A DNA stretch of 64,000 bases from Gemmatimonadaceae bacterium (GTDB lineage Bacteria; Gemmatimonadota; Gemmatimonadetes; Gemmatimonadales; Gemmatimonadaceae), in the NCBI GenBank assembly GCA_051859245.1, contig JBHYGA010000001.1, positions 1,245,722 through 1,309,721 of the forward strand, given 5' to 3'. The notes beneath the pieces were generated by a model. That model ran no database searches, was not told where the DNA came from, and was given only the letters and a program-made list of their open reading frames with translations. Positions 28,211-37,919 of this stretch are shown here, piece after piece; position 1 is the first letter of the stretch; every line of letters begins with the position of its first letter. The translations under genes were made by a program, and so were the position numbers.

Positions 28211-28834
28211 CTAGTCGTCGAGGTGAATAATCCCGCGCTGCAACGCGATCGTCACCGCCTCGGTGCGATCCACCACGCCCAGTTTCGCCAGGATATGTCG
28301 CAAGTGAATCTTCACCGTTCCTTCGGTGCGTCCGATGACGCGAGCAATCTCCTTGTTGCGTAATCCTTTGGACGCGTAACGCAGCACCTCAACTTCGCGA
28401 GTCGTCAGTTCCATACGCGGGGTGAACTCGGCAAGCCGAGCCGCAACAGCAGGTGGAATAACGCGTCGACCGTCTGCCGCCGATCGAATCGCCGCCACCA
28501 CAGACGAGCCCAGCATCTCCTTCAGCAGATAGCCGACCGCCCCAGCCTCCAGCGCGCGATGAATATCCGCGTCGCCGTCGTATGTCGTTAAAGCAATGAT
28601 GCGAGCGCGTGGATGTTTATCTCTGATCGCGCGAATCGCTGCATGGCCGTCTGTTCGCGGCATGCGGAGGTCCATGAGGACCACATCCGGCTGGTGCTCC
28701 AGATAAAGCGCAATGGCTTCATCACCGTCTGACGCCTCGGCCACTACCTCGAGGTCCGGCTCAGTGCCGATGAGGGTTCGCAGTCCCAGGCGCACTACGG
28801 GATGGTCGTCGGCAAGGAGAACGCGGATGGTCAC
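28211..28834 (-). CDS. NarL/LuxR-family response regulator (paralog of 18408)
   Basis: ADDHP, LMDLRMP, LTTREVEVL; GTG start chosen, track extension judged spurious. Confidence 0.93.
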   Translation of the reverse strand: MTIRVLLADDHPVVRLGLRTLIGTEPDLEVVAEASDGDEAIALYLEHQPDVVLMDLRMPRTDGHAAIRAIRDKHPRARIIALTTYDGDADIHRALEAGAVGYLLKEMLGSSVVAAIRSAADGRRVIPPAVAARLAEFTPRMELTTREVEVLRYASKGLRNKEIARVIGRTEGTVKIHLRHILAKLGVVDRTEAVTIALQRGIIHLDD

Positions 28835-29084
28835 GGAGATGAAGAAACGCTTTCGTCGCGACTTGAACAATATCTCCTTCGGATAGTTCAGCGCGCGGGG
28901 GGTTGCTTTGACACCGACGGAGCGCACTCGCATGTTCTCCTCAGCTCGTTCCGTCGTTCCGTGCCGCGGTTGCAGAACCACGAAAGGAGACCACGCCATT
29001 CTTAACTTCAGGGCGAGAATCCGTAGTCGGCTGCGATCACTGCGCTGGCCCGGCACCCCGTTACAATGTCGACGTACGGACACC

Positions 29085-32060
29085 ATGGCGTTCGCCCTAT
29101 TGTGCACGGTGAGCTGTGTAAGTGCGCCGAGTGCGAACGCGCAGCTTGCCTCGCCGCCGCTCAAGCTCCGTCAGCTCGATCACACTCGCTGGTCGGCACG
29201 CGAGGGAGCACCAACCGATATCGTGGCGCTCGCGCAAACTGCCGACGGCTTCCTTTGGATTGGAGCGAGTTCCGGGCTCTATCGATTCGATGGCGTGCGC
29301 TTTGAGCGATTCGATTCGAATAGCGGCCGGGCGCTTCAGTCAGACAACGTGTCTGCGCTCCACGCGCTGTCTGACGGGTCGTTGTGGATCGGGTATCGGT
29401 TCGGCGGTGCGAGTCGCTTGGCGGAGGGTAGGGTGGCGCAGTTCGGTATCTCCGAGGGGCTACCCTCAGCCACAGTGTGGGATTTTGCGCAAGACTCGTC
29501 CGGTGTAATGTGGGCGGCCACGCGAGCTGGTCTTTTTCGGCTTGCTGCCGAGGGCTGGCGCGGTGTCGGGCGCGAGGACGGCCTTCAGGACTCGGACGCA
29601 CTCGCGCTGCTTGCCGACCGTCGGGGAACCCTTTGGGTGGCCACACGTGCGGGCACGTACGCCATGCCCAAGGGAAGTCGAACGTTTGAACGTCGAGCGA
29701 ATCCGCCGGGTGATGTCGTGGCGGGCAGTCTGCGTGAGGCATCGAACGGTGCCGTGTGGAGCGCCTCCATGACAAATGGGCTCGCCTTGCTCGCCGACAC
29801 TGTGGGTGCAACGCCGGAGAACGGTGGCGTGGCCCGCGTTGGTACGGCGAGGCCAGCGCGTACGATGTACGTTGATCGAGCGGGCGTCATTTGGCTCGCT
29901 TCGATCGATCGTCTGCGAAGGTATGTGATCACAACCGCGCAAGACGGGTCACCGCGCATCGCGGCCGAGACGATGGATGACGCGCGCTTGGCAGAGAACA
30001 CTGCGGCATTCGCGTTTCTCCAGGACCGCGAAGACAATGTGTGGGTCGGTACTGCGCAAGGACTCGAACGGTACCGGCCGACCAAACTCACGCGGCTGCT
30101 GATGCCCCAGGCGATACTCGGACCCGCGATTGTCGCTGCCGATTCGGGGGGTCTGTGGATGGGCACTGCCAACGGTGCGACCTACAGGATTGGTGACACG
30201 ATTGCCCGTGACGATGCCGCGCCGCGATTTGTGTCTGCGGCGCACCGTGATCAGCAAGGAACGTTCTGGCTCGGTGGGGATCCGGGGCTTTGGCAACATC
30301 GAAACGGTGTGTTCGATCGCATCACACTTCCCGTCGAGTGGGCGCGCAATCCGATTCAGGCTGTGGCCCACGACGTCGACGAGCGACTCTGGGTCTCCGC
30401 CGTCGGAGCTGGAGTGTTTTGTCGCGAGAAAAACAGGTGGACACTCTTTGGCAACGGGCTTGGAGTCGAACGCACTCCAGCCATCACGATTGTTTCCGAC
30501 AGTGCTGGTCGCGTGTGGCTGGGCTACACACAAAACCGTCTCGTGCTCGTGGGGCGCGATGGCCCCGCATCCCGCGTGTTTACTGAGCAACACGGATTGG
30601 ATGTCGGCAATGTGATGGCAGTGCACATTGCGGGCGATCACGTCTGGGTGGGCGGCGGTCGCGGACTCGCCTATCTTCGAGGCGAACAATTCCAGTCGCT
30701 TCGCGTTTCGGGTGCCGACGCTCCCCGTGGCATCTCTGGAATTGTTGAGGTGGCGGGCGGCGAGCTGTGGCTGAACGCAGCCAACGGTGTCACGCGTATA
30801 CCAGCCGGCGAGATTTCCCGCGCGCTAACAGATACGCTGCATCAGGTGTTGGCGGAACGGTTTGATTTTCGCGACGGAATTGACGGCACCGCGCCGCAAA
30901 TTCGGCCGCTGCCAAGTGCCGTTTTGGGAACGGATGGCCGCGCGTGGTTCGCAACCAGTTCACACGTATTCTGGATCGATCCGCACAACGTGAGAAGAAA
31001 TCGCGTTCCGCCTCCGGTGCACATTCGCGCACTGGAGGCCGGCGGGATTGCGTATGCTATGGCTGGTAGCATTGCGCTGCCTGCGCGAACAACCGCAGTG
31101 AACGTGCGCTACACGGCAGCGAGCCTCGCGATTCCCGACCGCGTGCGCTTTCGCTATCGACTTGAGGGCTCGGATACCACTTGGCAGGACGCCGGGAATC
31201 GACGCGAAGCGATCTATACGAACCTCGGCCCGGGCACATACCATTTTCGGGTCATCGCGGCAAACGAGGACGGCGTGTGGAATGAGGACGGGGCGGCCGT
31301 CGAATTTTCGATTGCGCCAACCTTCATGCAGACGCCACTGTTCGTCATGCTCTGCGGCGTCGCCGTAGGCGGAATCGTATGGCTGCTTGTGCAACTGCGA
31401 CATCGGCGCGCGACGGACGCAATTCGCGCACGCTTTGATGCAACGCTTGCCGAACGTACACGAATCGCCGGCGAGCTGCACGACACGCTGCTGCAGGATT
31501 TCAGCGGCGTCACGATGCAGCTGCACGCGGTTCAGCGATTGTTTGAGTCACGACCGGCCGACGCCGCTCGAACCCTTCGGGAAGCGATCGAAACGGCCGA
31601 TGGATCGCTGCGCGACGCACGGCACGCTGTATGGGAGTTGCGATCGCCGGAACTTGAGTCGCTCGACCTGCCTGATGCGCTTGTCGCAGCGGCGCGCACG
31701 GTGCTTGCGTCCACGCGGATCGAGCTGACTGTAGACGTGCGAGGGGCGCGGCGTCGCCTGTCGCCAGCGGCAGAGGGTGCGGCGTTCCGCATCGGAAAAG
31801 AGGCCATCGCCAACGCCGCAAAACACTCTGCGGCGCAGACAGTGACACTCTCGTTCCACTACGAGGCGACACGTTTCATGCTATGCATCAGCGATGATGG
31901 CAACGGCTTTTTGCCCGCGGAGAGCGAGCGCCACGTGCGCCGGGGACACTGGGGTCTGACGGTGATGCGCGAGCGCGCGCAACGAGTGGGAGGCTCGCTG
32001 GAGATTGACGCTTCGCCTGGTGGCGGTACGCGTATCACTCTTGAGCTTCCGCTGTCCTGA
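29085..32060 (+). CDS. Sensor histidine kinase (beta-propeller, Y_Y_Y, HisKA_3)
   Basis: QTADGFLWIG, YTNLGPGTYHFRVIAANEDGVW, ERTRIAGELHDTLLQ, DDGNG. Confidence 0.93.
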   Translation: MAFALLCTVSCVSAPSANAQLASPPLKLRQLDHTRWSAREGAPTDIVALAQTADGFLWIGASSGLYRFDGVRFERFDSNSGRALQSDNVSALHALSDGSLWIGYRFGGASRLAEGRVAQFGISEGLPSATVWDFAQDSSGVMWAATRAGLFRLAAEGWRGVGREDGLQDSDALALLADRRGTLWVATRAGTYAMPKGSRTFERRANPPGDVVAGSLREASNGAVWSASMTNGLALLADTVGATPENGGVARVGTARPARTMYVDRAGVIWLASIDRLRRYVITTAQDGSPRIAAETMDDARLAENTAAFAFLQDREDNVWVGTAQGLERYRPTKLTRLLMPQAILGPAIVAADSGGLWMGTANGATYRIGDTIARDDAAPRFVSAAHRDQQGTFWLGGDPGLWQHRNGVFDRITLPVEWARNPIQAVAHDVDERLWVSAVGAGVFCREKNRWTLFGNGLGVERTPAITIVSDSAGRVWLGYTQNRLVLVGRDGPASRVFTEQHGLDVGNVMAVHIAGDHVWVGGGRGLAYLRGEQFQSLRVSGADAPRGISGIVEVAGGELWLNAANGVTRIPAGEISRALTDTLHQVLAERFDFRDGIDGTAPQIRPLPSAVLGTDGRAWFATSSHVFWIDPHNVRRNRVPPPVHIRALEAGGIAYAMAGSIALPARTTAVNVRYTAASLAIPDRVRFRYRLEGSDTTWQDAGNRREAIYTNLGPGTYHFRVIAANEDGVWNEDGAAVEFSIAPTFMQTPLFVMLCGVAVGGIVWLLVQLRHRRATDAIRARFDATLAERTRIAGELHDTLLQDFSGVTMQLHAVQRLFESRPADAARTLREAIETADGSLRDARHAVWELRSPELESLDLPDALVAAARTVLASTRIELTVDVRGARRRLSPAAEGAAFRIGKEAIANAAKHSAAQTVTLSFHYEATRFMLCISDDGNGFLPAESERHVRRGHWGLTVMRERAQRVGGSLEIDASPGGGTRITLELPLS

Positions 32061-32092
32061 TCGAATAGGCACATCCGCAACACGCGGCTGCT

Positions 32093-32128
32093 CTACGCCG
32101 TGGTCGTCTCACCATCCGGCGGCACGAT
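32093..32128. repeat. 36-bp direct repeat, copy 1 (duplicated 3' end of CDS 36996-37454)
   Basis: CTACGCCGTGGTCGTCTCACCATCCGGCGGCACGAT identical to 36996-37031. Confidence 0.92.
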
Positions 32129-32179
32129 CGGAGTCAGCCTCAGCAACGCTCCGGCGAGAGGCTCCCGCATGCGCGCGGA

Positions 32180-33535
32180 TCATGGATTCGTCGGAGACTT
32201 CTCACTCACGTCGACTTCCCATTTGTCGAGTAGTTGCTTGAGCGCAGTCACGCGATCGGGATGACGCGCTGCCAGATCCGTCCGCTCTCCTACGTCGACG
32301 GCGAGATCGAACAGGAGCAACTGTCCCGCGTCGTCCACCAACTTCCATGCGCCAGCACGGACGGCGCGCTGTTGCCGATTCGGTCGATTCCATCGCCAGA
32401 ACAGTTGTCGCTCGCGAACGGGTTCCGTTCCGCGCAGTATCGGCAAGATGTCGATCCCATCCGGTCGGTAGCTCGATGGCAGGCGAACTCCAGCTGCGCT
32501 GAGGATTGACGCCGTAATGTCGGTGGTGATGGCAACCTGCTGAGACACGGTGTTGCTCGGTAGTCGACCCCGCCAACGAAGAATCAGCGGCACGCGAATT
32601 CCGCCTTCCCACAACGTACCTTTTCGGTGAAACAACGGCCAATTGTTCGACAGCCATTCGCCGCCGTTGTCGTTGGTGAACACAACCAACGTATTGTTCG
32701 TGAGCCCGAGTTGGTCCAATGTCGCCAGAATAGCCCCGACACCCTGATCCGCGCGCTCGACCATTCGCACATAGTCCTGTCGGGTGGCTGGTGCGTGCTC
32801 GTCGGGCATCTGACGCAATGATGTGGCGGTTCCAGACGCCGTCATCGGCGCACGAAGATCGGGCGGTTCGAACGGCCAATGCACGGCGTTGTACGCGACC
32901 TCAAGAAAGAACGGCGCGTCAGCATTGCGCGTGATGAATGCGGTGCCGCGACGCGTGAGTTCATCCGTGAGATAGCCCGTGGCTTCAACTGGCGTTGCAT
33001 TTTCGAAAAGGTCAGGCGGACCAGCTCCAACTCCCCTGATGTCAGCGCGATTGGTGTAATAGGAGTGTGCGCCGCCGAGGAACCCGTAAAACTGGTCGAA
33101 CCCATGCGCGTTGGGTCCGAACTCCCGCTTCCATCCGAGATGCCACTTACCGACGAGGCCGGTCACGTATCCGCGCGTCTTGAGTAATGCTGGTAAAGAC
33201 GTGCCAACCGCGGGCAGCCCGAGTTCCTGATCGGCCGGAGATATCGTGAGAATGCCTTCGAGACCAACGCGTTGCGGATAGCGGCCACTCATCAAGGCGG
33301 CTCGCGTCGGCGTACAGACAGGGCCGTTGGCATAGGCATCGGTAAGCCGTACGCCTTCACGCGCCAAGCGATCGATGTTGGGCGTACGCACGTCCGCAGC
33401 GCCGAAGCTGCCGAGATCGCTGTAGCCGAGATCGTCCATCATGATGAGGACGATATTGGGAGGCCGCTGCGCAGATACGGGAGCGCCGATGACAAGCCAC
33501 AGAGCTGCAAGAATGACGATTCGCGATAGCATCAT
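32180..33535 (-). CDS. Secreted Cys-type (formylglycine) sulfatase
   Basis: PNIVLIMMDDLG, CTPTRAALMSG, GKWHLG, NDNGG, EGGIRVP. Confidence 0.95.
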   Translation of the reverse strand: MMLSRIVILAALWLVIGAPVSAQRPPNIVLIMMDDLGYSDLGSFGAADVRTPNIDRLAREGVRLTDAYANGPVCTPTRAALMSGRYPQRVGLEGILTISPADQELGLPAVGTSLPALLKTRGYVTGLVGKWHLGWKREFGPNAHGFDQFYGFLGGAHSYYTNRADIRGVGAGPPDLFENATPVEATGYLTDELTRRGTAFITRNADAPFFLEVAYNAVHWPFEPPDLRAPMTASGTATSLRQMPDEHAPATRQDYVRMVERADQGVGAILATLDQLGLTNNTLVVFTNDNGGEWLSNNWPLFHRKGTLWEGGIRVPLILRWRGRLPSNTVSQQVAITTDITASILSAAGVRLPSSYRPDGIDILPILRGTEPVRERQLFWRWNRPNRQQRAVRAGAWKLVDDAGQLLLFDLAVDVGERTDLAARHPDRVTALKQLLDKWEVDVSEKSPTNP

Positions 33536-34977
33536 TGGATTTTCTGCGGATTGCGTGGCGGGGTGTCGGGGCCACTGGGCGGTGTCAGCACGCGACCTTG
33601 CTTCATACGCAGTCGAATACGCCGCACATTTGCCCAGTTGACGAGAGGGTCACCTTCGAGCGCGAGAAAGCTCGCCTCGTAACCGTCCTCCAACGCGCCG
33701 ATCCGGCGACCCGGGAAAATCGCTCGTGGCGTATCACTGCTCCACATCTTGAGCAGCGAAGCACGGCTCCAGACTCCGAGAGCTTCCAGCTGTTCTGCCT
33801 CTCGCACTGACGTATCAGTGGGATCGTCACTGCCGACCACGACTGTAACGCCGGCGTCACGCAGCTGGCGCAAACTGGCGGCGACATGTGGTCGCAATGC
33901 CGCGCGTAATGAGTCCGGAGCGCGTGTGAGTACTGCGACGGTGGTGATCACTGCAATGCGGCGGCGCGCTGCTTCGCGCGCATCAGCAAGCGCAATCGGA
34001 GCATAGGCGCCACCCGGTGGGTTGGGCGAAGTGAGCACGTCGACCAGCCGACGAGAGAGTCTCGCAGGGTTCGCCATCGCGCGAGGATCGGCGGCTTCAG
34101 TCTCGATAGTATTGAAAAAGCTTGGCGCGCCGGAATGTGCGATCATATCGACACCGGCCGATACGGCGTTTCGAAAGTCGATGGCGTCGTTCACGTGCGC
34201 GCTGACACGCAAGCCGTCACGATGCGCTCGCGTAACGAGCGCCGACAGCACCTCCGGTGCAAGACCTCGACGTCCCGAATAGGAGGAATCGCTGCGACGG
34301 CGCTCGTGCTCATCCGAGCCCCAGAGCACTGCTTTCACGAAGTCGGGACGAAGTGCACGCACGCGTGCCCAGGTGGCCTCCAACTCGCCCAAGGAATCAA
34401 GCGTGACATATGTGCTGTCTCGCAAGCGATCAGGGCCAAAGGCAGACGGGTACCATCCTTGGGCACGAAGTACGCGCTCGTGCAGCGGGATGGGGTGTCC
34501 ACCATCGGCGGTGACAAATGCCTGTGCCAGTGCGACGTCGGGGCCATCGAGTCCGTTCATCGGCAACTGCGCACGAAGCGAACTGCTGACCGCAAAGTTG
34601 CCCTGGATGGCGACGTACAGAACGCCATCGGCGACGTATCGGGCGAGCGCAGCACGAGCGCGCGCTGGCACGGCACCGTCCACATTGTGGTTGTGCGCCT
34701 CACCGAACGGCGGCACGACCCAAGCGCCCACCAGGTCAATCGTGCTGTCCACACGCGCTGGACGACGTGATGCAAAGCGCCCGGAAACGATGTAGACCGT
34801 GCGGGATACAAATCTGGTGCCGTCGAACCATCGTCCGCCGGTCAGTTCGAAGTTGCGTTGCGGCTGGGCTCGCCTACTGATCGCAGCCTCTTGCATTGCC
34901 GCGCGTTCAGGCACGAGCACGGTGCACAGCGCGACCATGGCAGCGGTGATCACTGACCGCGTCAAAGAAAGTGGCAA
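33532..34977 (-). CDS. Secreted amidohydrolase-family protein
   Basis: PPFGEAHNH, VSAHV, IAH, GSD, IGALEDGYEASF; TTG start after GGAGG. Confidence 0.85.
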   Translation of the reverse strand: MPLSLTRSVITAAMVALCTVLVPERAAMQEAAISRRAQPQRNFELTGGRWFDGTRFVSRTVYIVSGRFASRRPARVDSTIDLVGAWVVPPFGEAHNHNVDGAVPARARAALARYVADGVLYVAIQGNFAVSSSLRAQLPMNGLDGPDVALAQAFVTADGGHPIPLHERVLRAQGWYPSAFGPDRLRDSTYVTLDSLGELEATWARVRALRPDFVKAVLWGSDEHERRRSDSSYSGRRGLAPEVLSALVTRAHRDGLRVSAHVNDAIDFRNAVSAGVDMIAHSGAPSFFNTIETEAADPRAMANPARLSRRLVDVLTSPNPPGGAYAPIALADAREAARRRIAVITTVAVLTRAPDSLRAALRPHVAASLRQLRDAGVTVVVGSDDPTDTSVREAEQLEALGVWSRASLLKMWSSDTPRAIFPGRRIGALEDGYEASFLALEGDPLVNWANVRRIRLRMKQGRVLTPPSGPDTPPRNPQKIQ

Positions 34978-34987
34978 GGGTGCCTCC

Positions 34988-35524
34988 CTACTGTCCGGGG
35001 AGGCGCGGCATCGCTTCCGTGTTCTGCGATGCCACAACCACCCAGCGAGCACCCTGCTTCTCAACAATCCAGGTGAAGAGTCCGCGCCGCGGCTCTCCAA
35101 ACTTGACGTGCGGCACACGGTCTCCCGTCGTTCGCCAGACGACGTGTACAATGGCGATATCGGGGCGGAGCCATCGGACGACGGTGACGTCTTCGGTTGT
35201 CCATTGGCTGTCCGCGAACATGGATCGCAGGATGACCTCGTGGCCTGCTCTGAACGCGTCTCGGCCGCCGCGCCCAAATCCCGGTGTTTCGGGTCCCTTA
35301 ACTGATACGAATACCAGTCGGGGATCCATGATGGACGCGAGACCGTTCGCGTCACGACGATTCCAGGCCTCCTCCCAGACCTTCGCCAGCGAACGAATCG
35401 CGAGCTCGTCTGGGCGGCGATCCACGGTGCTCGCCTCTTGGGAGATCCCTTGGCGAGGTAGCATGCCAGTCAATACCAGAATGCTCATCGCAACGCTCAG
35501 CCATTTGCTTCGAACTATCGTCAC
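34988..35524 (-). CDS. Secreted SnoaL/NTF2-like (SgcJ/EcaC-type) protein
   Basis: Signal peptide; WEEAWNRRDA, VRWLRPDIAIVHV, WVVVASQNT. Confidence 0.82.
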   Translation of the reverse strand: MTIVRSKWLSVAMSILVLTGMLPRQGISQEASTVDRRPDELAIRSLAKVWEEAWNRRDANGLASIMDPRLVFVSVKGPETPGFGRGGRDAFRAGHEVILRSMFADSQWTTEDVTVVRWLRPDIAIVHVVWRTTGDRVPHVKFGEPRRGLFTWIVEKQGARWVVVASQNTEAMPRLPGQ

Positions 35525-35639
35525 GACTCGATCCTCGTGGTTGTGAACAGGGGCATTCGTAACGGTTGCTGTGGACGGGTCGCTGTCTCTTGCGTGGCAA
35601 ACGCACGCCGCGAATATTCGCGTTGTCGACCCCGCGCGC

Positions 35640-35657
35640 GTCCACCGAATGGTGGAC
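35640..35657. promoter_or_regulatory. Palindromic operator candidate GTCCACC-GAAT-GGTGGAC
   Basis: Perfect 7-bp inverted repeat in divergent intergenic region; second palindrome CGCGAATATTCGCG at 35609-35622. Confidence 0.55.
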
Positions 35658-35688
35658 ACCGCCGCGTCGCAGCGGTGTACTCGTCCCT

Positions 35689-36888
35689 ATGGCAAGCATT
35701 GCATCGACTGCGTCATTTTCTCATCTGGTCGGACGCATCTACGATTCCGCAATCGACCCGGATGTCTGGCCCGAGACGCTTGCGCTGTTGCAGCAGGAAC
35801 TCGGCTTCTCAACCGCCTCCCTCACACTCGTCGCGCTTCCGGCAGGAGAACTGCTGCTACAAGTCGCGAGCGGCATTCCGCAGGAGTGGCTCGCGCGCAC
35901 TGGAGAGTATGCCGCCGACGTGATCGAGTTATGGGGTGGTGCCGAGGTTGCGCAGCGATTTCCGATCGATCGTGCAGCCGTCGTGTCACGAGTCAACCCT
36001 GCAGCTCTCCGTCCAGAATCGCTCAATCGATATGCTCGCGAGTGGGCCTTTCCGCAGGGCTTGGTTGACTCCATGGCGCTCCTACTTGCGCGCAATCAAT
36101 TCGCGGTGGGATCGATTGGCCTAGGCCGCCACATTGATGACGGCCCGATCGGCGATAGAGAAGTCGCACACGGCGAGCTGTTGCTCCCGCACCTCCAGCG
36201 CGCGGCTGCGATCAGCCGTTTGCTGGATGTGCGAGGCTCGGGCACGAGTGCCTTCTCATCGGTGATTGATGCGCTCACGACGCCAGTGTTTCTCGTCACC
36301 AGTGACGCAACCATCCTGTACGCAAACGAAGCGGCCCAAATATTTCTATCGTCGGAGACCACGCTCACGACGTTCCGCAATATGCTGTCCGCGACGCAAC
36401 CTCACGTAGCGCGAGCACTCGCTCGTGCAATTTCGCAGTGCGCATCAATGGATGTGGCTCAGTACGCAACCCGTGTGTCGGATGCGCGCGATATTGAGCC
36501 GCTGGGCATAGCCGTGCGAAGCATAACAGGGATACATGCACTGCATATCCTCCCGCTACGCGGGGAGGCACGATCTGCCATACTGTCCGGTGCTGCCGCT
36601 GCGGTGTTCGTCGCAGGGGCTGCGAAACCCGCGAACGGAGCGGCAATGACGGCTGCTGCACTATTCGGACTGACGCCGGCAGAAACGAGAGTGTTCGAAC
36701 GCATCGCGTCTGGACTGACGCGTGCGGAGACCGCCCACGCACTCGGCATCAAGTCGAGCACCGTGCAGACGCACTTGCTCCGCGTGTTTGCCAAGCTGGG
36801 TGTGCGTCGCCAGGCGGACGTCGTACAGCTTGCGGCAACGCTTGCGCCGCCGATTTTACATCTCGATTCGCGACCAGTTCGCACTTAG
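35689..36888 (+). CDS. LuxR-type HTH regulator with GAF/PAS-like sensor
   Basis: IYDSAIDPDVW, LLLPHLQRA, FGLTPAETRV...TVQTHLLRVFAKLGVRRQADVV. Confidence 0.9.
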   Translation: MASIASTASFSHLVGRIYDSAIDPDVWPETLALLQQELGFSTASLTLVALPAGELLLQVASGIPQEWLARTGEYAADVIELWGGAEVAQRFPIDRAAVVSRVNPAALRPESLNRYAREWAFPQGLVDSMALLLARNQFAVGSIGLGRHIDDGPIGDREVAHGELLLPHLQRAAAISRLLDVRGSGTSAFSSVIDALTTPVFLVTSDATILYANEAAQIFLSSETTLTTFRNMLSATQPHVARALARAISQCASMDVAQYATRVSDARDIEPLGIAVRSITGIHALHILPLRGEARSAILSGAAAAVFVAGAAKPANGAAMTAAALFGLTPAETRVFERIASGLTRAETAHALGIKSSTVQTHLLRVFAKLGVRRQADVVQLAATLAPPILHLDSRPVRT

Positions 36889-36958
36889 CAACGTGGACGC
36901 CTCCGCGATCGGTGTGCGTAGTGATCGAAGGGGAGCCCCCAAGTTCTCGCGCTCATGT

Positions 36959-36981
36959 CGGCCACCTGATCTCGGTGGCCG
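36959..36981. terminator. Hairpin between convergent genes
   Basis: CGGCCACC-TGATCTC-GGTGGCCG followed by TTTG. Confidence 0.6.
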
Positions 36982-36995
36982 TTTGCGTTTCTGCA

Positions 36996-37031
36996 CTACG
37001 CCGTGGTCGTCTCACCATCCGGCGGCACGAT
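36996..37031. repeat. 36-bp direct repeat, copy 2
   Basis: Encodes IVPPDGETTTA* of the minus-strand gene. Confidence 0.92.
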
Positions 37032-37454
37032 GTCTTCGATCGTGAAGCGGCCGTGGAACGTGACCGTGTGCGCGTCGTGCTGCGCGAGAATCTCCGACGC
37101 ACGCTCCTTGCGCTCTTCGGTGGGCGCGGCGACGAGCACCACATAGTGCCCGTCACGCATGGCCTGCTCGTAGCGCGACTTTACTTCCATTTCCACGTTC
37201 TCAATGCCGAGTGCTTCGGCGATGCGGATCGCGATGCCGGCCAGGCCGGTGCGGCCGGGACTGGCGTCGAGTTCATTCGCGTACGTCGTGCCGCAGTGTA
37301 CGTGAATTTCGGAATCGAGGAAGCCGTTGGCCATGAGATCCGGCACCAGCGCTGACACGTGCTGCGCGGTGTCCACGACGCCAACGACATGGTTGGCGGG
37401 ATAGTGAATGAGATCGCCTTCGTCGGCGACGTGGTTCGCTTCGTCCTGTGTCAT
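36996..37454 (-). CDS. Hypothetical protein (general-stress-protein-like)
   Basis: 152 aa; YPANHVVGVVD...YEQAMRDGHYVVLV...ILAQHDAH. Confidence 0.8.
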   Translation of the reverse strand: MTQDEANHVADEGDLIHYPANHVVGVVDTAQHVSALVPDLMANGFLDSEIHVHCGTTYANELDASPGRTGLAGIAIRIAEALGIENVEMEVKSRYEQAMRDGHYVVLVAAPTEERKERASEILAQHDAHTVTFHGRFTIEDIVPPDGETTTA

Positions 37455-37532
37455 GCAGATTCACATATGAGAGAGATGGTGGCGCGCGCAGTTCGCGCTG
37501 CGGACCGGTTGAAAGCTAGTGAGCGACATCGC

Positions 37533-37565
37533 TGACGGCGGCGGCAATTGGCACCGCCGCCGTCA
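37533..37565 (-). terminator. 12-bp stem hairpin
   Basis: TGACGGCGGCGG-9nt-CCGCCGCCGTCA just after stop of 37574-37792. Confidence 0.55.
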
Positions 37566-37573
37566 CGGCTCCG

Positions 37574-37792
37574 TTACTTCCGGCGCGTCTGTCGGCTCAG
37601 CAAGACCATGCTGGCAACAAACAACGCGCCGCACAGCGCCAGCAACGGCGTCTTGAGCGACGGCGGTGCGTAGATGGCGGCGATGAGCGGAACAAAGCAG
37701 GCCAGACACACAACCAGCCAGGGTTCCTGCTGGTACCATGGTCGATGATCAATCTGCCGCTGGGGTGATACGTCGTGGTCGTCGGATTTCAT
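37574..37792 (-). CDS. Small two-TM membrane protein
   Basis: 72 aa from ATG 37792; two hydrophobic segments, basic tail. Confidence 0.7.
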   Translation of the reverse strand: MKSDDHDVSPQRQIDHRPWYQQEPWLVVCLACFVPLIAAIYAPPSLKTPLLALCGALFVASMVLLSRQTRRK

Positions 37793-37919
37793 TGAGAATA
37801 TGCAGTTGCTCGACATCCACGTGCAGCGCGGGCGCGCCAAGGGCGCAGCCTCCCGGAAGCGGGATGCCAATAGTTTGGTGCAAGGGCGCACTGATGCGCG
37901 ATTGAGTCTTCGCGAGCGA

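Larger units (their letters stand above)
32093..37031. mobile_element. 4.9-kb cassette bounded by 36-bp direct repeats, no recombinase inside
   Basis: Direct repeats enclose sulfatase, amidohydrolase, SnoaL-like gene and regulator. Confidence 0.6.

Noticed and set aside
34978..35355. N-terminal extension of the amidohydrolase to 607 aa
   Set aside because: Overlaps the SnoaL-like gene in another frame; RBS plus TTG at 34977 fits better
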